The notes under the pieces are model-generated. The model was not told the origin of the DNA, did not search any database, and saw nothing but the letters and a program-made list of their open reading frames with translations. Positions 13,254-23,759 of a stretch of 64,000 nucleotides of DNA are shown here, piece after piece. The stretch comes from Octopus sinensis. Lineage: Eukaryota. The stretch spans positions 1 through 64,000 of the forward strand of contig NW_021832974.1 of assembly GCF_006345805.1 (NCBI RefSeq), written 5' to 3'. The position numbers and the translations under genes are program-made. The first letter of the stretch is position 1; every line of letters begins with the position of its first letter.

Positions 13254-14617
13254 TTCAAAATACTATTTATATCCGCATAACGCAAAACACGTATTTATAT
13301 TGTTCGTGGAGACGTAAATTACGGCAATTTTTGCGAATTTACGTATTTTTATTAAAATGGCGTCACGTCCGGTTTGTTTTAAATGTTAACTCGTAATTAT
13401 TAAATATAAATGAACTGCGAAGACTCCTTTGTGGTTTATAAAATTTGTTGCAACTGTGATGGACAGATGGAATGTGCATCTACACTCCAACAAATGCTAG
13501 AGAGGAGCACATTACATAGCGACAACTATTCCCAATGCTATTTGTTTTGTGTCTAGAACTGCTAGGCAGAGTCCTCACTGCTTAATCCGAACAAATGTCG
13601 ATCGAGCATAATGAAAAGTATTATAGCACTAACCATCTCATATTCATAGTCGATATTAAACTGTTCCCTCAGTCTTTGGGATTCCAGTCCTTTCCTGACA
13701 TTTAGTCAGCGAGGAGCGCTGGAAGGCATATTCTAGGAAGTCTACAGAACCAGAGAAGAGGAGAAAGAAGGGACAAAAGTTGCATGGAGTGTCACTTCAT
13801 GTTCACTTCAAAAGCTCGGGATTTAGTCAAACAATTAATTAGCTAATTAGTTTCTTTTCATTAATTGAGTTTTATGGAAGCCATAATAAAATTGTGATAT
13901 TTATCAACATTTTAATACAAAAGTTTAACAGATTAAAAACTACTCCGTTTAAAGAAATATTTCAAATGGTTTTAAGCACACACCTCCAAAACTTCATTAC
14001 AGTTTTCAAAACCTCATTTGTTTCTGGCAAAGGTTATATCATAATGAAGAGTTTTTATTAATAATGTGACCAGGTAGGAGGTCCCCTTTCTGCAACTATG
14101 TCGTGCCGAATGGACTCACGGATGGGCAACGTTGACAAGACTTGATTCCAGTTGAAAAATTGTTTCCTTTGTTGTGTTTGATTTGACTATATTTTGATGC
14201 CGGAACGTGACGATTTATAATATAAAACTAATCTAGCTTCGTTTTGGTTAATAAAATTAAAAAAAAAAAAAACTATATTTTGATTAAATTCAGGAGCATG
14301 GACTGCCCTCCCACATTGAAGACTCTCCCATCGTAGAGAGATATGTTCGAACAGCCACAACCTTCGATCAGTCACATTATTCTCAGTCTTCTCAAATCAA
14401 ACGCATTCGGACAACGCGGAGGGCTGATGGTTCTCATCGACCAATTGCATCACATCACCGAGTTGATTCACCAAGTGTGTCTCAGTCAGGGAGGGACCTT
14501 CAAATTCTCATTTCCTTCAATTCCGATTTCATATTCGACCATGTAGGACTCCCAATGCATTGTAGGTCACCCAGCGCTATCAAGTCCAGACTTTCAAATA
14601 ATAAAAATTCCCAAAAG

Positions 14618-14805
14618 GGAATGCGCCCAACCCGGAAGTACTGCAATACTGGGAGGACGCGTGGCATGGAGGAAGCAAGCTTCGCAACACACACCAAGGT
14701 ACAAAAATAAGCATTATATCTTGCCCCGTGTAAGGGCGTCCCAGATATAAAGCTGGAAAGAACAGATACTACACTTTGATCTTAGCCAAAAGGCCGAGAA
14801 GCGAC
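14618..14805 (-). ncRNA. U2: U2 spliceosomal snRNA
   Basis: Minus strand reads GTCGCTTCTCGGCCTTTTGGCTAAGATCAAAGTGTAGTATCTGTTC; stems IIa and IIb carry compensatory changes; Sm site ATTTTTG; loop IV ATTGCAGTA; about 188 nt. Confidence 0.96.
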
Positions 14806-15015
14806 AAAAGGGAAGTAATTTTCTTGAGACAATAATTATTCTAAAAAGCAAATACAGGATTCTTTATATTTATGCATAGTAATCATCATTATAATTTTAA
14901 AATAAATACATATTCATTATATCTGTCTTACAAGATTATAAGAAAATTTACATTATTTTTATTTTTTATATTGAGCTAGTTTTTTAATTATTTTTGTTGA
15001 ATTATAAGATATTCT

Positions 15016-15534
15016 TACTTCGACTTCGGCCTTACTTCGACTCTTGAAGTGGCACCTGCTGAGCTGAACAGATGGTCCTTAAATGAACGTTGGAAAAACC
15101 GACATCGTTGAAATCATGAGGATGGAGGCAGCTCAAGTGAAGCCTGGCGCAAAACGAACAAACTCGGTTCTCTACTTGGGGACGGCCATGATATTGTCAG
15201 AAGAAAGGCTCTCGCTTGGGCCACGATGACAAGATAAAGAAAGAGTGGATCGGCAACGACGACTCTGTACGTACTTCGTCTGAGGATGTATGAAGCCTTT
15301 GTCAAACCAATCCTGACATATAATTCGGCGACCTGGGGAATGTCTAGTATGAACAAATGGACTCGATTCTTTTCACCGCAGGCAACTTAGATCCCTACTG
15401 GGTGAACTGGCCTATAAGAATCAACCAGGAATCGCTATACAATAGATGCAGAACTGGCCTCTGAGTGTGGAAATCGTTATATATGCGGTGGAGGTTATTG
15501 GCCATATTCTTACGAATGGACAGCTTGCCCCAGC
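15016..15534 (+). mobile_element. Internal fragment of the same RTE family, flanked by 13-bp direct repeats
   Basis: Near-identical to the reverse complement of about 9735-10255 apart from many 1-nt deletions; TATAAGATATTCT at 15003-15015 and 15535-15547. Confidence 0.9.
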
Positions 15535-15649
15535 TATAAGATATTCTCTTGGCTGAGTTGGTAGACATCTTCTATGTTGGTATATCTTTATTGTACTCAC
15601 GATTTGTCAATTCTATGCTTTTTTTAATTACATCTTTCAATATCAGAGG

Positions 15650-16760
15650 AATTGCCTCAAAGATCAAATTTTATGTAGAGATTTGGAAAGATGCAAAACC
15701 AAGCTAGCATGCCTGCAAGAGACGAAGGTATCTGTGGAATGAAATCCCAATTACCGAACTGGAATTCAATGGCAGGAATTAAGCGCAGAGGTGAACGCTG
15801 TATTAATAATCACAGAATGGGATATCGAAATTCTTCTGGAAATCTTATAATCCACATTCAACATTTGTAATACCATTTGTAACATGGCTTTTCAGAAGAC
15901 AACCTGAATAGATTATAGAACAAACGAACAAGAAAAAAACGAAAAATATATAATTAAATTGATTATATTTTGTGCAAACGGTTGCAGAAATAATTATTAG
16001 TCGATTCATATTCGTATGAAGGAGCTTTGCTAAACAACAATCATAAGATCAGGAGATTAAATCTAAGAAGACATAACAGAATTTTACATTCACAGGAAAA
16101 CGCAAAGTTATTTATTTTTTCTTATATATCGAAAGGGTTGAGGAACTAATAAATAATCTTGCATTCATCAGGAAATATCACCAGCGCTAGACTCATCATC
16201 ATTAATATTCCCATGGATGACTTACCTCAAATAATGTGGAAAAGAACTTCAGAAGTTATAATAATGGGGTTGAAAAAACTACAATGAAAGGAAGGTTTAC
16301 AAAGGAGCAGACAACTCGACAGAAAAATGAATTTGGTTTATTTTAAAGAGATTTAAGATGGGCACAGTGAAGTCTGACATCTTGTTCATTAATGAGACTA
16401 AGCTGAAGGAAGCAATGAAAGTGGAATTTAAGAGCTAAAGTCTATTAATATACCATAAAAAACAAACTCAGTCGCGGGAACAGGAACCTCAGTCTAATAC
16501 AGAACGATCCTGAAGGTGAGGAACATAAGAATTGTGAAGAAAACTCTCTGTGAACTCATTGTGCTTGAGTTGCACACGACTACTGGCTGGCTGACCATTG
16601 ATGGAATGTACTCAAAGTCTCAAGGCGTTATTTAAATGTCATTGGGACGTTCTTTGAAGAAAATTCCTTGGCAATCCTAGCCTAGTAATGACTTTCCTTT
16701 TGACGATGAGGGGAATGAAGAGCATGGAGTAATGGCGTAGATTAATCTGTCACTCTGGGA
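15650..16760 (+). mobile_element. Highly degenerate LINE APE-endonuclease remnants
   Basis: KLACLQETK (about 15700-15730) and DILFINETKLK (about 16375-16410) resemble the APE 'D...LQET' motif; no long ORF. Confidence 0.4.
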
Positions 16761-18385
16761 GAGTCGTTGTGTTACTCGATTGATCGTTCAGAATTGTTAA
16801 GGAATCCAAATGAGAAAGTTAAAGTTCTCTTCTCGTATCCCAGACTGAAATGACACCCATAAGGAGTGCTTTGCATCCAAGTCCCCGCATAAGGTGACTT
16901 CATCGACGGATGACAGTCTAAAGAAATTTGGATTCTTTTCAGATCCTTGAAAACTTTTTATAAAGAACCTTGTAATGAAATAAAGAATTAAGTTAACGGT
17001 GAACTATAATCGGAGATGTTGAAACTAAATGCAATCATTCAAAATAAAAGAAGTTGATCAATGGCTACGAAATGTGGGACTACATTTTGTCATATAATTT
17101 GGTCTCTCTGCCCTATTGCAATTTCCCCGTAGACACTTTCCTGAACAAACTACATACAAATTCCATTTTATCAGGCAGTTTCCTAACTTCCGACTTGGGC
17201 GCAACCAAATTTGATTAATCTAAAAGATGAGATGTATCTTAATCACCATTGGATATGCCCCGGTCAATCGATATGCAATTCATGTTAATAAATGGCTCTA
17301 AAAACGACCGGTGGGGACGACCTGGCTCTTTCAGTGAATTTCGGTCTACGTGCTCCGCGGAAACTGGCATTCAATGGGCAGTGCGGCGTAGTTGAGCTGA
17401 CCGTTTAGCTCTCGAATACTTTTTCAGCCATCTAACCTTGCGATTATTGTTAATAGCTTTGATGCCTACTCGTCTTGCTTAATTTACTTAGATTTACTTA
17501 TTCTATGCTTTGACATGTCACTGATATGAGTTAATCTTTCCAGTTTCCAAATCAAGTCGAGTCGACACAAACAGAAATAAATAGCAAAAAAAAATAGCAA
17601 AATTAAAGACGAGATAAAACGCCCTTTAGGACACGAAAAAAATATGCTGTTGGACAGCTCGACTGAGCACATCCACCCCGCCTAATGTTCCAAAGTGCAA
17701 TGGTCGACTAGACAGAGGCACAACCGCCTAATTGATCACGGCTGAGCACAACCAAGTAAGTGCTACCCATTCTTCGCACGTCTCAATTTAATTAAAGTTT
17801 TTATCAAAAATCATGTTTCAGATTTATATGCTTATAATTCTAAAATGTACTTATTCAGCATATTTTAACTAATTAATTTAACATAAAGCAATATTAGAAA
17901 CAATCCAAATTATTATATTCTTGGAAAAGAGAATTGAAAACTAGGATAATGTATGTTATTTGATGCCTATTAATATCGAGTAGATTTTTTTTTCCGAAGG
18001 AGGACAGTTTTCATCCTGGGGCTAATTCTCGTTATCGTTCCCCTGCCCGTGAGGCAACGAGTACTTCTGGCACGACACAGTTGGAAATGGGGATCTCTTA
18101 CCTTCCGGGCTTAGCGTGGCGTTACGGGGTCCACCATGTCAGTTGGAAATTCCTTCGGATATGGCAACGCTCAGGAGGCACTTAATGCCTTCCGAAAAAG
18201 GACTCTTAGCTTCTCAGACCCTGGTACATCGTCGTCTCAGGCCGATCTTGCGGGAAGGATTGAACCTTTCAGAAGGATCTCCCTCGTTTGGATCGGCGAT
18301 CACGGGATTAACTATAATTAACTGGCTTGCCCGTATTGGTCTTTAAATAATAATAATAATCTGTCTTACTTAGGATGGTCTACAG

Positions 18386-18784
18386 CAGCGGTTCTCAAAT
18401 GCGGCCCCCAGGATTTTTTTTGCGGCCCGTCTAGAGTAACTAACTTTTTTAATTTTTTAATAATGTTAAAATTTAATTATTCATTCTTAAGGTTAAACAT
18501 ATCCATAATTGGTGATTTCATTAATCAATTTGAAGCACGTTTTGGGGTACATTTATATAAATTTAATTTTTAGAATTTTAAAGAATTCCTTCCTTTAATG
18601 AAAATATTCGTAACTCCATTCAGCGTGGAAATTAAGGATGCGCCTGCAAAGTTTTAACATACATGCGAATCAATATTTAGTAAAATGGAAAATATAAAAA
18701 TATATAAAATATTTTTTGTGCGGCCCGCGAAGCTAATCTTATTTATCGATTTGGCCCTTGAGCTAAAAAGGTTGAGAACCCCTG
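18386..18784. mobile_element. Non-autonomous hAT (Charlie/Buster-like) MITE
   Basis: TIRs CAGCGGTTCTCAA...TTGAGAACCCCTG; 8-bp TSD GTCTACAG (18378-18385, 18785-18792). Confidence 0.92.
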
Positions 18785-18959
18785 GTCTACAGTAATTGAT
18801 TTTTGATATAAAACTATAATTTGTACCTATGATGACTAACGATGGTCTACTTATGATAATGATGACCTATAATCGTACTGAAACTATTACGTTCGAGCAT
18901 TTTTAATTATTGCTCTTTTAATAATTTAAACATTTTACTTTCTAAAAACCAAGTTAATG

Positions 18960-19640
18960 CTAAGTTACTAATTGTTGTTAATTATCTTTTTAAGGCTTTA
19001 AAATGCGCCTTCATAACATCACTATCTTTAACAAAAATTGTTAGAAAATTTGGCAACAGTCCCCGTAGGCATGGTTAAACCTTTCCAGACACAGTTTTTG
19101 GACGACGAATTTCTACAAATCCGAGTCTTCCGTGACCTTCTTTTTTTGACCTAACCCAGTACAGACCGACGTGGAATTGGAATTGGACGTTCTGCATTAG
19201 TTCATAGTCGTTCTGTAAACGAACCCTTTAACCTTCAATGTTAAATTAATATTTCAATCGATGCACTTTTATCTTTATTCAGTCATTTATAATAAGGAGA
19301 ATTTAAGTGCATTACAGTATTTTTCTCAATAGTTTTGTAACTCGGAATTCCTCTAACACTTGCAAAAAAATAAAAGCAAAAATCTACCAGTAGATGAGTG
19401 AGGCGTTTGATTGTCTAAAAAACAGTCTTTCGAATCTGTTTTATCCACTCTTTCTTGAAATTCGAAGCTCTTCAGCTAATAAAGTATCCAGTGTAATTTA
19501 CAGGTTTTATAAGAAACTAAAAGTCAATGACTCGAGGTTGGATGACAATTATTCTCGGATTATTTCGCAACTTTGTTCGATAAATTTATTACCCAAAAGA
19601 CGATTTTTTGATTAAAGTCTATTGTTCATAGTTATGAAAA
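18960..19640 (-). mobile_element. Degenerate second Ginger-like integrase (C-terminal half)
   Basis: KEWIKQIRKTVFLDNQTPHSSTG vs KEWVKHIRKTVFLYNQTPHSSTG in 11513-12830; RFNHAYGD vs RFEHPYGD. Confidence 0.7.
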
Positions 19641-21708
19641 TTATTAGTGTGTTGCTAAATAGACTGATGAATACAAAATTCAGTAATTTACTCATTTTTC
19701 AGTTCCGCAATCAACGACTATAACTAGTTTCTTGTCTTCTCCAATATTTGAGAGAGGGCTGATGAAGGATAATGTCTTCGAATTCTCCCATCGATAGTCA
19801 CATTGGACTCTTCCAACTAAGGAACTGCATATCAATCCTAAAGTTAACCTAGATAACGGCCAAGTGACATCAAGCAACCGATTTGCAGCAAGACCTCCGC
19901 ACTCTGGAGATCTGCTTTGATACACAGGAATGAAGACAAGCTACTCTACCAATTTTCCTTAAAGGGATCGGTCTGGCCACCCCATCTGACTCATCGCGGA
20001 TATTTCTGTTCTTTCTCAATACAATGAACTGATTGCTTTGCCGTTTGGAGAAAACTGGGACTCCTCATTCCATCTGTCAATTTTAATAAACATGACTAAT
20101 CCATGCCAAAGCATACAAAAAATTAAATGAACGCAGGACCAAGGAAAACTGGCCATCTTAAGAATGAATAGTCAGTCTTGAGCCCTGTGAAACAACGGGC
20201 TGCCTGTTGAACCACGAATCAATGAAATTTGCTTACGTTTTGGTCTACCCGTTTCGGCTATGCAGCGGCTTACGGAGCTATGAGATTGGCTAGCACTCCT
20301 CCTCATGTCTCAACGTGATTGGACGCTTCACAAACTGAGAAAGACATGCCTCACCCCAATGATGTGAGGACCAAAGTTTGTCTTTGTAACCATTAGAGAA
20401 ACCCATACTCCTCTACAACTCGGGAGCATCGGCTTGACATGACAGGATTACAAAAAATTACAAAAAATGGACTCTTTTTACAGAAATCAGGTATGACTAA
20501 TCTTGTCATAAAGCATGTTGTCGCCCGCAACGCGGCTCGGAATATCGAGAAATGGAGAAAGTTGTTAAAATAACTGCATACGCTTTGACTTTGTGCAGCG
20601 CCAATAATAATTCCAGAACATTCTGGATCCCCGATTTCTATAAAGATCCTGCAGTGTGTTTTGCAAAATTTTGAAAAACTAAACAAGTATCAACTCACCA
20701 ACTCCTTTTCCGAAAGTCTTAAAATACAAATTATCTGGGATGTACTAAAAATGCCATGTGTCAATATCATCGACACTGCATATTCATTTATTGCATAAAA
20801 TAAGTCCGCCGACTTTGTGTTAGAAAGCATATTTTTTTAACATTATTTAGTCCATAATTGAATAAATTACTCCTGCACATACAAGCACACACAGATAACG
20901 TACTCCCTCTAAAGTTTAATAAGGATCTAACATTCTATTAAATTTATTGGCGTTGTAAAAAGTGTTAAAAGATTAATCGATGGGAGGGCCAGCGGCCTGA
21001 CGGATCGCCAAACTGTTTCCCCGCACATTTGTTGCTGACTTTTGGATTTATCTCCAAGCCAACAAATATTTGTGAATAACTTATTCCCTGAATCAAACCA
21101 TCTTTCTCATTCTCCACATATTTGTATTTCTTTATCTCCTTCCTCCAATATTCTGGGTTTAGATTTAGTCCATTGCTGACTGTCACGTGACAATCCCCGC
21201 AAGAAAACAAAGATCTAAATATTTTTGACAGCGATTGCTCTTATTCTACAACTGGAGGACTTGTTCTCACGAAAACAATTTTCCAGGTCTAGTTGGAGCT
21301 CTGCACTAACCCGCCTTCGTTTTGTGGATGTGGTGTCTGGTAAGAGCATCCAACCAATAGGAAGCCGGATGTTAGTGGCAATAGTGGTTAATGATAATCC
21401 CCGTCAAACCAATCAGTGATCAAAGGTCTTAACGTCAAACTAGTGAATGAAAGGTCGCCTATTGATAAGGCTGCGTGATCACGACTATTGATTGTACTAT
21501 TGCACCTGCAAAAAATGAGTCCTTGAATGGTTTGATGCGTGTCAAAAATAGTTCGGTCGCGGTCGGCTCCTGTCGACTTATAAGTCATAGCCGTCAAGTT
21601 GTGGCACGAAATGTCGAATCAGAACAACTCGCAGGTTGGTATTGCTATGCTTTGAAATGTCACTGATATGAGTTAATCTTTCCAGTTTCCAAATCAAGTC
21701 GAGTCGAG

Positions 21709-22231
21709 CAAGTATGGCACGTGAGTAACCCCTTAGATTGCACGGAACGGAGGCTTCCCCTGAATGTGAAAATGTGTGGCCTTATTATTGCAGTGAGCAA
21801 CACTCGGAAACCTCGAAAGAAGCGAGGAATGTTTCCGAAGGACGTCATCCTCAAGCTGAGGACGTGGCTGTGTGCGCACATGGAGGTGAGTATTGGCTGC
21901 CACGGTCGTAGCATCCCTACCCGACGGAGGACGAGAAGCGCGAGTTGTCTGAGCAAACAAAGCTGACAATTCTGCAAGTGAACAATTGGTATTGTGCCCC
22001 ACTCAACTCAGGTTCATCAACGCCCGACGACGGGAGTTGCCTCGAATGGTGAAGGGGGCAGTCCCCCCAACCTATCCTGTCTACCCTGCCCCCAGTCGTC
22101 CTGCCGAATCATTCGAGTACCATCAGTTCGTGGTCCCCCCAGTGCTTCCCTCGATACCCCATCCGTACTTCCTGGGGTACCCTGAACCCCCTAGTCAATG
22201 GGATTGTTATGACTCTTTTTTATATCGATAA
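21709..22231 (+). CDS. TALE-class homeodomain protein (Meis/Pknox type); 5' end unresolved
   Basis: Spliced [23 protein letters not shown]|[26 protein letters not shown]|FINARRR; introns 21886-21911 (26 nt) and 21989-22011 (23 nt); PYP loop and WFINA. Confidence 0.9.
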
Positions 22232-22444
22232 TATTAGTGTTAGTACTACATCCGAGATATAGTCTTGACTAGACTTTTAATATTCCCCCCACCCGCCTCA
22301 CGACTGCGCTGTCTCGCCTCGATTTGGTCCCTGAGTGGGATGATGTCGTCGGGAATGGTGTGGAGGAGGAAGGGGGTGTGAGGGCGTGGGATGTGAGGGG
22401 GGGAAGTGGGTGTCTCGAGGGGGACTAGAGAGTGAGTCAGTTAA

Positions 22445-23239
22445 TCAACCAAAGTTGGTGACATGTTCGACGCACTCACTCGAAATAGTCAATTTCCTGT
22501 CAAAGAAGTACTGATAGGCACACTCGTCCACCACCAGCAGACTCACACTCCCTTCCCTCCCTTTTATCAGCTCGACCACCTCCTCGTGCTCCATCTTCTC
22601 CACATTCACGTCGTTCACCTGCACCACAATGTCCCCCTCCCGCACACCCGCGTCAGCCGCCGGAGAATTGGCAATGACGTTGGCGATGAGGTGCTTGTCC
22701 TCGTTCATCACCAATGTGAACCCGAAAGTGCCACCCTCCTTCGCCCTCACTTCGCAATCTCGGGCTGAATACTCGGGGACTCCTTCCAATATCTCCTCCC
22801 GCTCTTCCACTATTACTTCTTCATTCTCCTTCACTATTCCATCATCCAAACACTCTGATTCGGGCACTCTCACTCCCTCGGGAACACCCTCAGGCACTCG
22901 TTCTAATCCCTCCTCACATTGTTGCACTACTACTTCCTCGGATGTCCCCTCACCCTCGGGCACTCTCTCCAGCACTCCTCCACCTTCTCTTCGCAATATT
23001 TTTAGGCGCAGCTTCTTTTTGGATTTTTTGATTTTGGAGAGGGCTTTTTTGTAGGACAACTTGTTGATGTCATATTTATCAATCATCAGCACTTTGTCCC
23101 CTTCCTGCAGTCCTGACATTTCCGCCGGACTTTGAGGGACGATGTTCGAGATGCGTTGACTCTTTGTTTCCTCGTCCTCAATCAGCCCAAACCCGAACCC
23201 CTCCTTGCACGCATCCAAGTTGAGTAAAATCTCCGTCAT
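22445..23239 (-). CDS. NHERF/EBP50-like tandem two-PDZ scaffold protein
   Basis: PDZ1 EGFGFGL...SPAEMSGLQEGDKVLMI; PDZ2 GTFGFTL...SPAADAGVREGDIVVQVNDVNVEKMEHEEVVELIK...VSLLVVD; acidic ERVPEG-repeat linker. Confidence 0.85.
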   Translation of the reverse strand: MTEILLNLDACKEGFGFGLIEDEETKSQRISNIVPQSPAEMSGLQEGDKVLMIDKYDINKLSYKKALSKIKKSKKKLRLKILRREGGGVLERVPEGEGTSEEVVVQQCEEGLERVPEGVPEGVRVPESECLDDGIVKENEEVIVEEREEILEGVPEYSARDCEVRAKEGGTFGFTLVMNEDKHLIANVIANSPAADAGVREGDIVVQVNDVNVEKMEHEEVVELIKGREGSVSLLVVDECAYQYFFDRKLTISSECVEHVTNFG

Positions 23240-23759
23240 TGGTTGCTACCCGACAATGTTCGCTCAGAATGTATTTTATTGTATTCCGGCACACCGCCCA
23301 ACATGTTTGTTTGTAGTTACACAAATATAATTAATAATTATCCTTATTCCGACGCACCTTCTGACTCCCACTAATCGGGTTCGTGGATTGTGCGTCTCCT
23401 TGGAAGCAAACAAGTCTTCTTTTCAGTCAACACTCTCTTCTTTATGCCAGTTGACTACATTTCCGGCTATAGTGAATTTTTAGGGCATTGGAGAACGGAA
23501 TAGCTGTTTATTAGAATTTTGATATTTGGTCTCGTTCCATTATGTAAATATTAGGGTACTTGGTGTCCAGAGAGCATACTTTGTTGTGGAGAGAACCAGG
23601 TTGGAGTGGATCCTCTGCATAGAAGAAAGGGGAGTCTGAACAAAACAGGAATAACAATAAAATAGATTGAATATTAGTTAATAATAAATGAGGACTGATT
23701 AGCATTATTCTTGGTACGGGAAATAACACAAATAAATTGCGGTCGAGACGCAGTGGAGG

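Noticed and set aside
14085-14190. Possible U4 snRNA or HDV-like ribozyme
   Set aside because: Only short word matches; no k-turn GA pairs, and the spacing is too short for the HDV double pseudoknot.
14292-14710. About 140-codon open frame overlapping U2 antisense
   Set aside because: No ATG or homology, and its 3' part is explained by the U2 sequence.
14618-14805. U2-targeting retrotransposon (Utopia/Keno) insertion
   Set aside because: U2 is uninterrupted; the nearby fragment is RTE-clade and lies outside the gene.
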